The notes: generated from the letters alone by a model not told the origin. Positions 27,094 to 37,282 are shown, counted from the stretch's first letter. The stretch: DNA of 57,741 bases from an uncultured Chloroflexota bacterium (GCA_903864185.1 CAIPEX010000025.1:1-57741); one strand, 5' to 3'. A program made the numbers and translations.

Positions 27094-29210
27094 CGGGCAA
27101 GTATAGGCTCAAGGAGCGCACGCGCAATGCTCACAAGTACGCCGCCAGCGCTAGCGATAATTAGGACCAGGTCGGCGCGGCCAAACGTTGATGGCCGGAA
27201 GCGTGTTGCGGGTCGCGTGCGTGTTGGCATGCGCACGCCACGGATCTCGAGTGCAATCGCAATGCGTGGGACGGCGCGCACAAACGAGTCGAAGAGATCG
27301 ACGAGCAGGGTGAGGCCCCCACGCGACGTGGTAAGGCGCCGAATCGCCCGTCGCTCACGCGCTTCAGAGAACATCGCGGGGATCGTCGCCGCCGTTGTCA
27401 GGAGTGCCATCGTTGGTGCAAAGGGTGCACCGAGGCGCTCAACCGCCGCATCGGCAAGCCGGAGTGGCTCAAATGGACGGATCAAGACAAGGCTCCCCGC
27501 CGCAAAGGTGAGGAGTCGCGCAACGGCGCCGATCGCCTGCTCAACCTCTGCCCCGCCAATCACATTGGCAAGAAAGAGACCAAGCGCAGCGGGTGTGAGC
27601 GCGAGCCCAATGCGCAGGGTGCCGAGCGCATCGACGCCTGCGCGCCAGGCGATGAGGAGGGCTGGGATCGCAATTGCCCCTTGCGCCAAGAGGGTCGCTG
27701 GGCTGATGAGTGAGAGGAGGAACCAGAAGAGCGCCAGCCCCATGCGCGTGAGTGGGTTTGCACTGCCGACCAGGCGCTTGGTGATCGCTGGGCTCAACAG
27801 CTGCTGTGCCGCATCGACCACCTCGCCGAGCGGGGCAATCAGGCGCGTACGGATAGAAGGGGCGCCTCCCGCCGTCATCGTGCCGCGTGGGTGTTCGATG
27901 ACGCGCGCTCGGGCCGGAGCGAGTGCCGCGTCATGGGTCGCAATAAGGAGCGCAGTGCCAGCGGCGGCAAACTCATCGATGATCGCGCTCACCTGCGCTA
28001 CTGCGGCTGCGTCGAGTCCTGCGGTCGGCTCATCGAGCACAACCAGCTTAGCTTCACGTGCGAGTGCCACAACGAGAGAGAGGCGACGGCGTTCGCCATC
28101 GGAGAGTCGCGCGGGCATTACATCCACGAGCCTTGCGACGCGCAGTCGTTCGGCGAGCACGAGGGCTCGCGGCAGGTTCTCCACTGCAATCAACTGTCGC
28201 GCCGGCCGCGCGCCAAGCAAGAGCCCGGGGTCTTGCGGTGCATAGGCGATACGAACATCTGCCACCGTTCGCGCGCCGACCGAGAGCGGTAGTGTTCCAG
28301 CTACGAGGCTGAGGAGTGTCGACTTGCCGCTCCCCGTTGGGCCGGTGAGGATGGTTACTGTTCCGGGAATCACGTCAATGCTCACCGCTTCCATCTCGCG
28401 ACCAAGCGCGCGCGCACCACGCAACTGTGCGATTGATGTTTGCTGGTGGAGACGCACCGCTGATGCTGGTTGTGCAGTGGCCACAGTGGGATCGCCAGCA
28501 GCGAGAGCCGTTGCACCGCGGCCGTTAACCAGGTGGAGTGTGGCCGTAGGAGTTTCGCCCAGTGATTCTACGGTGTGGGTTGCGATGACGCGTGTCGCAC
28601 CGGTTGCACGCATCACCTGCCGCAGCGTTGTGGCGGTAGCAGCGTCGAGAGAGTTAAACGGTTCGTCGGCGATGAGGAGTTGCGGTTGCGCAACGAGAGC
28701 GGCGAGTGCGGCGGCGAGCATACGTTCTCCGCCACTGAGGTGCGCAACGGATCGCTCGAGCAGCGGGCTGATGGTGAGCTCGTGCGCCGCGGCGTCAATC
28801 GCCTGGCGCATTTCGCCCGTGGCGATGATCCGCGACTCCAAGGGGAGGGCGGCGTCATCAAGGAGGCGCGGGAGGGCGGCGGTTGGCGCCGGGCCGGCAG
28901 GGATCAGGCCGAGGCGAGCGAGGTGCGCGACGGGTGGCCCAGGCTCGCCACGGGCGGCCGCCGCGACGAGATCGATCCCGCCCACGGTGAGCTCCCCGCT
29001 CAACTCCCCCGGCAAGAGGGTGCCGAGGAGCCCGGCGAGGGCGAACAGGAGGGTGCTCTTCCCCGCACCTGATGCGCCCGTAATAAGGAGAAGGCCACCT
29101 GGTGCGAGGCTCGTGCGCGTCCCCCGTAGGTCGAGGGTCGGCGCTGGCGCGCCAGCGGGACGCCAGACGAGGTCACACATCTCAATAGCCGGAGGCGGCT
29201 CCTTCAGCAT
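27090..29210 (-). CDS. ECF transporter: fused ATPase-ATPase-EcfT polypeptide
   Basis: GASGAGKST/LSGGE/ADEP, GPTGSGKST/LSDGE/LDEPT, then a TM domain ending ALEIRG. Confidence 0.8.
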   Translation of the reverse strand: MLKEPPPAIEMCDLVWRPAGAPAPTLDLRGTRTSLAPGGLLLITGASGAGKSTLLFALAGLLGTLLPGELSGELTVGGIDLVAAAARGEPGPPVAHLARLGLIPAGPAPTAALPRLLDDAALPLESRIIATGEMRQAIDAAAHELTISPLLERSVAHLSGGERMLAAALAALVAQPQLLIADEPFNSLDAATATTLRQVMRATGATRVIATHTVESLGETPTATLHLVNGRGATALAAGDPTVATAQPASAVRLHQQTSIAQLRGARALGREMEAVSIDVIPGTVTILTGPTGSGKSTLLSLVAGTLPLSVGARTVADVRIAYAPQDPGLLLGARPARQLIAVENLPRALVLAERLRVARLVDVMPARLSDGERRRLSLVVALAREAKLVVLDEPTAGLDAAAVAQVSAIIDEFAAAGTALLIATHDAALAPARARVIEHPRGTMTAGGAPSIRTRLIAPLGEVVDAAQQLLSPAITKRLVGSANPLTRMGLALFWFLLSLISPATLLAQGAIAIPALLIAWRAGVDALGTLRIGLALTPAALGLFLANVIGGAEVEQAIGAVARLLTFAAGSLVLIRPFEPLRLADAAVERLGAPFAPTMALLTTAATIPAMFSEARERRAIRRLTTSRGGLTLLVDLFDSFVRAVPRIAIALEIRGVRMPTRTRPATRFRPSTFGRADLVLIIASAGGVLVSIARALLEPILAR

Positions 29211-29216
29211 GGTCGA

Positions 29217-29777
29217 CTATGCGCCGATCAGGTCGAGGGCCCCACTGCGACGCAGTGCTGCGCGCAGGAGCCATGCCCCTACACCGCCGACGAGCGCCGA
29301 GCTGGCGACCATTGCACCAGCGAGGAGGAGTGCGAACGTCACATCCACACCAGCGAAATACAGCGGGATGTCATGCACGGCCATGCCGATCCCCGAGAGT
29401 GCACCGGCGAACACGACGATGTCGATGTGTGGCCGCCGATACGCAATCAGTGCAAACGCAACCTCTGCGCCGATCCCTTGCGCCGCGCCAGAAGCGATTG
29501 CATCAATCGACCACTGACTCGCAAGCAAGAACGAAACGGAGGCAGCGATCATCTCGCCGGCAAGTGCAGCACCAGGTCGGCGAATGATCAAACCCGCCAG
29601 CGGCCCAGCGATCACCCAGGTTCCCGCAAACAAGAGGTACTGCAGCGGCAAGACTGCGGCAAAGAGTGGCGAGAGTGAACTCCAGAGGATTCCCCACCCT
29701 GCAAACAGCACCCCCGATGCAATACCGAGTGTGGCAAGCGTCACGAGATCAAGGAGACTCCAACGGCGGCCGCTCAT
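29217..29777 (-). CDS. ECF S component, YkoE-like (thiamine/HMP)
   Basis: W.LLDLV, IIRRPGAAL.GE, QGIGAE motifs; lies in a TPP riboswitch operon. Confidence 0.85.
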   Translation of the reverse strand: MSGRRWSLLDLVTLATLGIASGVLFAGWGILWSSLSPLFAAVLPLQYLLFAGTWVIAGPLAGLIIRRPGAALAGEMIAASVSFLLASQWSIDAIASGAAQGIGAEVAFALIAYRRPHIDIVVFAGALSGIGMAVHDIPLYFAGVDVTFALLLAGAMVASSALVGGVGAWLLRAALRRSGALDLIGA

Positions 29778-30436
29778 GCGGTGACTCCGCTGACGAGGAG
29801 AAGCTTGCCGCTGTGGACGGTAAGAACAACGCGTGCGCTGGTTGCAACATTGGAGAGGCCGCGCGATGCGCCGACATGCAGCGTCTCGTGTGTCAGTGGC
29901 CATCGCGTGCCACTGATGCTTACCGTCGCGTCGGCACCCCACGGAATCAGTGAGAGCGTTTGACCCACGTGATCGAGAAGTTCGCAGCGCTCATTCGCGG
30001 CAAGGAGCCGCACAACAGAATCCGCGCCGAGCAGCACGAGCAGCGCGCCGCTCGCGCGCACGCGCGGATGCTCGAGGAGAGCGGCGATCCCCAGCGCATG
30101 ATCGACACGCCCACCCCAGACGCCGATCAGGGCAATCTCCGACGCACCAGCGTCGAGGGCGGCGAGGAGGGCGAGCTCGGTATCGGTCGCCTCTTTCTCT
30201 ACGGGGAACCTCGTGCAGCGCACCCCGGCCGCCACCAGCGCCTCGTATTCGGCGGAGGTGAGGGAGTCGAAGTCGCCAATGACCTGATGGAGCGTGAGGC
30301 CGAGTGCGGCTGCCTGGCGAGCACCGCCGTCGGCAGCAATCACGAGGTCGGCCGAGCGCCAACCTGGCTGCACGCGATCGAGGCTCGCAGCGTCGACCGG
30401 ATCACCGCCGGTAAGTATTAACGCGCGCACGAACAC
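29774..30436 (-). CDS. thiN: Thiamine pyrophosphokinase
   Basis: AADGGA, GDFDS, EKEATDTELAL, GGRVDH, RGLSN. Confidence 0.9.
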   Translation of the reverse strand: MFVRALILTGGDPVDAASLDRVQPGWRSADLVIAADGGARQAAALGLTLHQVIGDFDSLTSAEYEALVAAGVRCTRFPVEKEATDTELALLAALDAGASEIALIGVWGGRVDHALGIAALLEHPRVRASGALLVLLGADSVVRLLAANERCELLDHVGQTLSLIPWGADATVSISGTRWPLTHETLHVGASRGLSNVATSARVVLTVHSGKLLLVSGVTA

Positions 30437-30459
30437 CTCCCACTATCGCGGAGGGCTCT

Positions 30460-30550
30460 GCGTCTCCCTTCGCCGGCATGACCCGGATCAGGTTCCGAGG
30501 GTTCGCGGGCCTTCCCGCATCTCAGCGCCATCTGGCGCTCCCCTGTCGCG
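30460..30550 (-). ncRNA. TPP riboswitch
   Basis: - strand GGGGAGCGCC...GCTGAGA...ACCCT..AACCTGATCCGGGTCATGCCGGCGAAGGGA; downstream CCCTCC can pair with the thiN SD GGGAGG. Confidence 0.92.
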
Positions 30551-30561
30551 ATGGATGGAGT

Positions 30562-31236
30562 CTAGCGCTTTGGTGTCGCTATCGGGTGACCGTCGAGCAG
30601 CTGATCAACCCACGCTGCAACTGAGGCCGCATGCTCATGTGCGTCTGCCTCATAAAAACGATCGGGATGAAAGAAGGGCGAGTGAATCCCAACCGCGCGC
30701 GATCCAACTGCGCGCGCCATGCGCATATCGTCGAGCGTGTCGCCAAGATACGCAGAATCTGCCGTTGAGCCGCTATGCCCAAGCGCCGCGAGGCCGCGGC
30801 GGAGTGGCGCTGGGTGGGGCTTCTGCTCCGGCGCATCATCACCATAGACAACCGCCCCAAGCAGATCAACAACACCGGTGCGCTGCAACTGCACGCTCAC
30901 CACCTTCCGATCGCCCGCGGTCACCACGCCGATCGGAATCCCTGCATCAACGAGGCGTGTCAGCGCGGCGAACGCGCCAGGAAGGAGCTCCGCCGCGTGG
31001 CCGTGATACGCCGCATGCCAAACGTCTGCCGCGCCTTCAATGAGGTGCTCGGGGACGCCGAACGCCTTGTACATGAGCCGCCAGTTCGCCGAGAAGTGCT
31101 CACCGTATCGCTCGCGCGTGAGCGCAGGCAGGCCGAAGGCGCGCATCACCTCGACGTTGGCGAGGTAGACGTGCTCGGTCGTATCGATCAGGGTGCCGTC
31201 CCAGTCGAACAGCACCGCCTTCATTCCCGTCTGCAT
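30562..31236 (-). CDS. HAD-family phosphatase
   Basis: FDWDGTLID, KPHP, YLGDTLDD. Confidence 0.88.
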   Translation of the reverse strand: MQTGMKAVLFDWDGTLIDTTEHVYLANVEVMRAFGLPALTRERYGEHFSANWRLMYKAFGVPEHLIEGAADVWHAAYHGHAAELLPGAFAALTRLVDAGIPIGVVTAGDRKVVSVQLQRTGVVDLLGAVVYGDDAPEQKPHPAPLRRGLAALGHSGSTADSAYLGDTLDDMRMARAVGSRAVGIHSPFFHPDRFYEADAHEHAASVAAWVDQLLDGHPIATPKR

Positions 31237-31269
31237 CGCCTGATCCTAGTGCGCGCCTAGAATCAAGGG

Positions 31270-31881
31270 ATGACGAGCAATCCAGCCCCGGTCCCTCGCG
31301 GCGCGCGTGAACCCCAGAGTCGCGTCAGCGACTTCCCTGGCGGTATGCACGTGCGGGCAACCTGGGGGAGCAGTGGCCAGGCGGCCGCCGTCTTCGCCCT
31401 CTCTGAGCAGGGCGGGGTGCTCATCGACCATGGGGCGCTCGGCGCCGGGGCAGACGGCGATCCCGATCGACTCTGCCGGATGGAGCTCCGTGTCGAGACG
31501 CCAGCTGGAGCCTGGGCGGTTCGGCTCGCCTCCACGATTTACGACGAGCCGCGCGCGCTCTACTGGGACGCTGGGCAACTCTTCGTTGCCGGCTACGGCT
31601 TCGCCGTCTACGCGTTTGGCGCGCGCAGTGGCGATCTCATCTGGAGCCATCAAGCGGGAACACCGATCGTTGAGCTCATCGCCTCGCCACGATTTGGTCA
31701 TGTGATTGTGCAAAGCGAAATTGAGACCTGGGCGATTCGCCCCGACGGTGAGGTGCGTTGGCGCCTTGCGCATAGTGATGTTGTTGCAGAAGCCGCACTC
31801 ATGGGCGGCCAACTCGTCTTGACGAGTGTGAGCGGCGAAACGCAGGCGATCGATCCTGCAACCGGATCGCGCCACGCATGA
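31270..31881 (+). CDS. Hypothetical protein with PQQ-like propeller blades
   Basis: YAFGARSGDLIW, AIRPDGEVRW, AIDPATG. Confidence 0.55.
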   Translation: MTSNPAPVPRGAREPQSRVSDFPGGMHVRATWGSSGQAAAVFALSEQGGVLIDHGALGAGADGDPDRLCRMELRVETPAGAWAVRLASTIYDEPRALYWDAGQLFVAGYGFAVYAFGARSGDLIWSHQAGTPIVELIASPRFGHVIVQSEIETWAIRPDGEVRWRLAHSDVVAEAALMGGQLVLTSVSGETQAIDPATGSRHA

Positions 31882-32801
31882 TCTCTCCACTGCAACTCGC
31901 CGCTGGCGGTGCGCTCCTGATCGCTGCCGGTGCACTCATTAACGCACGCCTCGGTGCGCGCATGCGCGCAGGTCGCTTGCTTGCTGGCGTCCAGCCGCAC
32001 ACGCCAACCGAGGCACTCGCCTCTACCGATCATGCGTATGTCGCAATCAACGGAAGTGTTGATGCCGCTGAGGCCTTTGAAGACGAGAATCATCGGCCGC
32101 TCGTCTATCGTCGTGAGCGCGTGCTGATCTCCGACGGGAGGTCGTGGCGCGAGATCGACCGCGCGGTACGCAGTGTCCCGTTCTCTCTGAGCGATGCCAC
32201 CTCTGCGATCGCCATTGATGTGGGCGAACTCGACGAAGGGCTAATCGTCATCGAGCGTCGCTGGGATGGGAGTGTCGCCGAGCTTCACGCGGCCCAGCGC
32301 GAGTACGCCACGTCCGCATCAGCGGCACTTGTTGTTGAACTTGCAGCGAGCGACCCCGAGCGTGGTGCACGCCTCATCCTTGAGCAGATCAGCACGCTCG
32401 ATCACGCGACAGCCGCCGGTGGCCTGGCTGGGGGGCAGCTCACCGCTGGACCAGGGGGGCGACCCTTGATTCTCACCACGCTTGAGCGTGGTGAGGCGCT
32501 GCGCATCCTCGGTGCCGAGAAGCGCTGGGCGCACCTTGCCGGCCTCGCCGCACTCCTCCTCTTTGTGCTCGGCGCCCTCCTCTGCCTCGCCGCCGTAATC
32601 AGCCTCCTCGCGACGCCTCTCAGCGGGGCAGGAGTGACGGCCAGTCCCACCCCAACGCCCGAGACGGGTGATGCACGCACGGGTGGCACAAGCGTCGGCC
32701 TCGGTGGGCTCATCTCGCTCCTCCTGGCCCTTACCGCGCCATTCGCACTCGCGGGCCTCGTCGCCCTTCTTGCACGCGCCGCGATTAGAATGCGGCGATG
32801 A
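31878..32801 (+). CDS. Membrane protein, GIDE-domain-like
   Basis: N-terminal TM, V.I.G.V, RSVPFSLSDATSAIAID, C-terminal TMs. Confidence 0.5.
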   Translation: MISPLQLAAGGALLIAAGALINARLGARMRAGRLLAGVQPHTPTEALASTDHAYVAINGSVDAAEAFEDENHRPLVYRRERVLISDGRSWREIDRAVRSVPFSLSDATSAIAIDVGELDEGLIVIERRWDGSVAELHAAQREYATSASAALVVELAASDPERGARLILEQISTLDHATAAGGLAGGQLTAGPGGRPLILTTLERGEALRILGAEKRWAHLAGLAALLLFVLGALLCLAAVISLLATPLSGAGVTASPTPTPETGDARTGGTSVGLGGLISLLLALTAPFALAGLVALLARAAIRMRR

Positions 32802-34069
32802 AGCAGCGCCCCTACGCCATTGACGAGATTCGTTCGCGCTTCCCTGCGTTGAGCAACACGCTCCCCGACGGCACGCCGATCGCCTTCCTCGACGGACCGG
32901 CGGGAACGCAGGTGCCCGAGACGGTGATCGATGCCTATCGCGACTTTTTCCTTCACGCCAATGCGAACTCTGGTGGCGATTGGATCACCTCGAACCGACA
33001 GGCAGAGGTCGCAGATGCAGCGCATCGCGCTGCGGAAGATCTCCTGAACGCCCCGCGTGAATCCGTCAAGTTCGGTGCGAACATGACCACGCTGAACTTT
33101 GATCTTTCACGCTCTCTCGCACGCGGCCTTAAGGCGGGCGACGAGATCATTGTCACCATGCTCGACCACGACGCAAACTACAGTCCATGGAAGCTCCTCG
33201 CAGAGGACCACGGCCTTGTGATTCGCGGCATTCGCGTCAACCCAGAAGATGCGACGCTCGATATGGAGCAGTACACGACGCTGTTGTCCTCGCGGACGAA
33301 GATTGTCGCAACGGGGATGTCGTCGAATGCGGTAGGGACGATCAATCCGTCAAAAGAGATCGTGCGCCTCGCACATGAGGCGGGAGCGCTCACCGTCCTC
33401 GATGCGGTGTGCAGCACGCCGCACTACCCCATTGATGTGCAGGCGCTCGACACGGACTTCCTCCTCTGCTCCCCGTACAAGTTCTACGGACCCCATGCTG
33501 GCCTGCTCTTCGGGCGCCTTGAGCTCCTTGAGCGCTACGGCCGATATAAGGTGCGACCCGCCCACGACCAGTGGGAGACCGGGACGCCGAGCTTCGAGGG
33601 GATGGCCGGGGTCACCGCCGCGATCGACTACCTCGCCTGGATTGGCGAGGAGTTCGGAAGCCCGGCAGACACCTCCCCACTCACGGGGCGTCGTGGGGCG
33701 ATTCGTGCGGGAATTCGGGCGATCGGGCGCCATGAGCGCGCCATCACCACGCAGCTCCTCGACGGGCTGGAGGCGATCCCCGGGGTCACCGTGCGCGGCA
33801 TCACCGACCGCGATCGACTCGATGAGCGCACCTCCATCGTCTCGTTCACCACGACCTTTGCGCACCCCGATGCGATCCAACGTGCGCTTGGTGCACTCGG
33901 TATTCAAACCTGGAGCGGCGACTTCTATGCGGTGAATGCCATCGAATCGCTCGGGCTCACCGCGAGCGGCGGCACGGTGCGCATCGGGCTCATGTCGTAC
34001 AACAGCGCGGCAGAAGTAGATCGACTCGTGCACGCTGTGCGCGCAATGAGTGGCGCAGCACAGGTATGA
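32798..34069 (+). CDS. Cysteine desulfurase-like class V PLP enzyme
   Basis: FLDGPAGTQVP, DHDAN, CSPYKFYGPH (PLP Lys), ETGT. Confidence 0.85.
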   Translation: MKQRPYAIDEIRSRFPALSNTLPDGTPIAFLDGPAGTQVPETVIDAYRDFFLHANANSGGDWITSNRQAEVADAAHRAAEDLLNAPRESVKFGANMTTLNFDLSRSLARGLKAGDEIIVTMLDHDANYSPWKLLAEDHGLVIRGIRVNPEDATLDMEQYTTLLSSRTKIVATGMSSNAVGTINPSKEIVRLAHEAGALTVLDAVCSTPHYPIDVQALDTDFLLCSPYKFYGPHAGLLFGRLELLERYGRYKVRPAHDQWETGTPSFEGMAGVTAAIDYLAWIGEEFGSPADTSPLTGRRGAIRAGIRAIGRHERAITTQLLDGLEAIPGVTVRGITDRDRLDERTSIVSFTTTFAHPDAIQRALGALGIQTWSGDFYAVNAIESLGLTASGGTVRIGLMSYNSAAEVDRLVHAVRAMSGAAQV

Positions 34070-34791
34070 GCAGCGCACCACTCATCCTTATCACCGTTGC
34101 GGATCACGACGCTGCACTTGATGCGGCGCGTGTCGCACTCGTGAACGCACGCTATGCCGATGGTGTACGCCGCGCAGGTGGACTCCCACTGCTCATCTCG
34201 CACACGAGTTCAGCAGAACAGCGCGCCACGGCATTCGCACGAATGGACGGGCTCCTCCTCTCTGGTGGTGCCGACATCGACCCTGCGCGCTACAACGAGC
34301 CGGTTGCGGGTGCGGTAGAGATTGATACGGCACGAGACGCACTTGAGTGGGCAGCACTCGATGCTGCTGATGCACGAAAGATTCCCGTGTTCGGCATCTG
34401 TCGCGGACTGCAGTTCCTGAATGTGCATCGCGGCGGCTCACTCTTGCAGCACATCGATGGCCAGGTCACTGCTGCATATCCAGAGACGCCAGCGCTTGTG
34501 CACCCGCTAGCGATTGAAGTGGGCACGCGCCTCGCGACGATCCTCGCTCCAAACAGCGCACCGCTCGCCGTCAATAGCTATCACCACCAGGCGGTCACGC
34601 CAGATCGCCTCGCGCCAAGCCTCCGCGCCGCTGCGTTTACCGACTCACCGCGCGGTCCACTCGTTGAGGGGCTCGAGGAGCCGGGCGAGCGATTCGTCTT
34701 GGGGGTGCAGTGCCACCCAGAGCGAACCGAGAGTAGCCCCGCCGAGCTCGAACTCGTCTGGCGCGCCTTTGTGAACGCAGCGCGCGGGTAA
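34066..34791 (+). CDS. Gamma-glutamyl hydrolase, PuuD/peptidase C26 family
   Basis: LSGGAD, GICRG, NSYHHQ, GVQCHPE. Confidence 0.88.
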   Translation: MSSAPLILITVADHDAALDAARVALVNARYADGVRRAGGLPLLISHTSSAEQRATAFARMDGLLLSGGADIDPARYNEPVAGAVEIDTARDALEWAALDAADARKIPVFGICRGLQFLNVHRGGSLLQHIDGQVTAAYPETPALVHPLAIEVGTRLATILAPNSAPLAVNSYHHQAVTPDRLAPSLRAAAFTDSPRGPLVEGLEEPGERFVLGVQCHPERTESSPAELELVWRAFVNAARG

Positions 34792-34792
34792 C

Positions 34793-34815
34793 CTCAGGCT
34801 GTGGCACAGTCTGAG
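34793..34815. promoter_or_regulatory. Palindrome upstream of the WYL gene (candidate operator)
   Basis: CTCAGGCTGTG-G-CACAGTCTGAG, 11-bp arms with 1 mismatch, ending 2 nt before the ATG. Confidence 0.55.
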
Positions 34816-34817
34816 AC

Positions 34818-35831
34818 ATGAACCGCAACGCTGAACATGCCTCAGGTGAGCGATTCGACAAGAGCGACCGCTCCGCGCGCCTCCTGCGCACGCTCAAATA
34901 TGTAGAGGGGGCCGGCGAGGCGGGGATCCGTCCCGAAGACCTCGCGCGACGCCTCGGGGTAAGCCGCCGTACCGCCTACCGTGACCTCAAGGCGCTTGAG
35001 CGCGAGGTCGAGGTTCCGATCTGGAACTCGCACGGGCGCTGGGGCGTAACGAGCGAAGGCCTCCTCCCCGCCCTGCGCTTTAGTCGCGACGAGGCGCTCT
35101 CACTCGTCCTCGCGGCGCGCCTCCTCGCAAAGTTCTCAACCGGATACGACCCGGAGTTTGGTGCGGCGCTCATGAAGCTCGGCGGCATGCTCGATGAGCC
35201 GCTGCGCTCATCGGTTGAGCGCACCGTCACACAGCTGAGTGAACTCAATCGCGATACCGCAGCACAGCAGCGCTTGCGCCTGCTCGCAACTGCCTGGGTG
35301 AGTGGTCGCGTCGTTGAGTTTGATTACGCCGCGGCGTGGAGCAATGCTGGTGCAGTGCGCACCGCGCGCGTACATCCATATCTCATTGAGCCGTCATCGG
35401 CAACGCTCGCTACGTATCTGATTGGTTACGACGAGACGCGCAAGGCTCTGCGCACATTCCGGGCCGACCGCATCACCAACATCAAGGTGACGAGCGACAC
35501 GTTTGTTCAACCAAAAGATGTGGATCTTGAGCACACGCTTGCTGCAGCCTGGGACATTGTTGCCGACCAGCCGCTCGAAGAGATCGTCGTGCGATTTAGT
35601 CCTGCAGTTGCTGCGCGCGTTGCAGAGACACGGTGGCATCCCTCGCAAACAATTACCAACGAGCCAGGTGGCTCACTGGTGTGGAAGGCGCGTGTTTCTG
35701 GAAGTCTTGAGGTGCGCTCGTGGATCTTAGGGTGGGGTGATGGCGCAGAGGTGTTGCGACCAGAAACACTCCGTGCCGACGTCGCTCGAACCCATGCGAC
35801 CGCTGCAGCAACGTACACGGCACGCGGATAG
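34818..35831 (+). CDS. wHTH-WYL-WCX transcriptional regulator
   Basis: LARRLGVSRRTAYRDL, VHPY, YLIGY...RTFRADRI, WILGWG..AEVL.P. Confidence 0.92.
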   Translation: MNRNAEHASGERFDKSDRSARLLRTLKYVEGAGEAGIRPEDLARRLGVSRRTAYRDLKALEREVEVPIWNSHGRWGVTSEGLLPALRFSRDEALSLVLAARLLAKFSTGYDPEFGAALMKLGGMLDEPLRSSVERTVTQLSELNRDTAAQQRLRLLATAWVSGRVVEFDYAAAWSNAGAVRTARVHPYLIEPSSATLATYLIGYDETRKALRTFRADRITNIKVTSDTFVQPKDVDLEHTLAAAWDIVADQPLEEIVVRFSPAVAARVAETRWHPSQTITNEPGGSLVWKARVSGSLEVRSWILGWGDGAEVLRPETLRADVARTHATAAATYTARG

Positions 35832-35834
35832 CTG

Positions 35835-37235
35835 ATGGACGCGAGTAGGTTCAAGGCGGTCAACCTCATCTCTGATCCGATTCACGGCTATATCGAATTG
35901 ACGAAGCGCCTTGATGCTGAGGGTGCTGCGGCGCTGGGCTACGCGGCTGAGGGGGCGGCAGAAGAGGACCTCCTCGACACCCCCTGGGTGCAGCGATTAC
36001 GACGTATCAGCCAGCTACAGAGCGCCCGTTGGGTCTTCCCCACTGCCGAGCACAGCCGTTTTGCGCACGGATTGGGCGTCATGCACGAGGCGGGGCTCTG
36101 GGCGCGCCACCTCTATCCGTCGCTCGCCGAGCAGCTCCGTGCACAGGGAGATCCCTGCCCGAGCGAGGGGCTCGTCGTTGAAACCCTTCGCGTCGCGGGG
36201 CTCCTCCACGATGTGGGGCATGGCCCCTTCGCGCACTTCTTCGACCACGCCGTTCTCGAGGCGTACCCGGCACCAGCCGACCCACGCCGTGCGCCAGGAA
36301 AGCGCCTCGCCCATGAGGACCTCTCAGCGCTCATCATCGAACGCGAACTCGGCGACGTGATCCGCGCCCTCCGTCGTGCCCCCGGAGAGCAGGTCGCCCA
36401 TGCAGCATTCGAGCCGGATGAGTCGATCAATCCAATCTGGGTCAGCTTCCTCATCTCGAAGCCGCCACTCGTAGACGCGACGGTGCCGCGCTGGCTGCGC
36501 ATCGTGCAGCCACTCCTCTCGGGCGTCTTCACCGTCGACAACCTCGACTACGTTCGTCGCGACTCCTACATGACGGGGGTGCACATTGCCGCCGTCGACG
36601 TCGAGCGCTTGCGCCACTACAGCTTCATCGGACCGCGCGGGCTCACGCTCTATGAGCCCGCTGTCGGCGCGCTTGAAGCGTTCCTTGGCGCGCGACAGTT
36701 CCTCTATCAACAGGTCTACCTGCACCGCACCGTCCGGGGGATCGACCTTGATATGAAAGAGGCATTTGCGCCGAGCATCCGTGCGATCTTTGGTGACCAC
36801 TCTCCCGCTGACGATCTCGCGAGCTACCTCGAGCTCGACGAGTACGCACTCCTCCATCAAGCGGCACGCTGGGCGCGCGGTCAAGATCTTGCCGTGAACC
36901 CGCAGCCGAAAGATGGAACCGTCACCCCAGAGGTTGCCGAGGCATGGCGCGCAATCCTCTTCCGCAACCCGCGCTGGCATCTGGAAGAGGAGATTCGTGC
37001 CGACTACGAGACGCCAACCGTGCCGCAGTCACTCCTTGATCAGCTTGGCCAGGCCATCCCTGGCGAGGTTGAGATCGACCTCGGACTCTGCGACCCCCGC
37101 CATGTGGAGGGGGATGCCGCAGACCAACTTCTCGCAATTGAGGGGCATGACGGGCGGGCGGCGATCCCCATCTCCACCCTCCTTCTGAAGCTCCCCCTTC
37201 TCTCGGTGGTTGCAAGGCGTTATCGTCGGCGGTAG
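35835..37235 (+). CDS. HD-domain phosphohydrolase, SAMHD1/dNTPase-like
   Basis: DPIHGYI, QRLRRISQL, HSRFAHGLG, LLHDVGHGPFAH, DNLDYVRRD, QVYLHRT. Confidence 0.88.
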   Translation: MDASRFKAVNLISDPIHGYIELTKRLDAEGAAALGYAAEGAAEEDLLDTPWVQRLRRISQLQSARWVFPTAEHSRFAHGLGVMHEAGLWARHLYPSLAEQLRAQGDPCPSEGLVVETLRVAGLLHDVGHGPFAHFFDHAVLEAYPAPADPRRAPGKRLAHEDLSALIIERELGDVIRALRRAPGEQVAHAAFEPDESINPIWVSFLISKPPLVDATVPRWLRIVQPLLSGVFTVDNLDYVRRDSYMTGVHIAAVDVERLRHYSFIGPRGLTLYEPAVGALEAFLGARQFLYQQVYLHRTVRGIDLDMKEAFAPSIRAIFGDHSPADDLASYLELDEYALLHQAARWARGQDLAVNPQPKDGTVTPEVAEAWRAILFRNPRWHLEEEIRADYETPTVPQSLLDQLGQAIPGEVEIDLGLCDPRHVEGDAADQLLAIEGHDGRAAIPISTLLLKLPLLSVVARRYRRR

Positions 37236-37282
37236 TCGTAGGCTAAACGGCGTCTGCCCGTTGCCCCGACCTGGGAGGGGCC

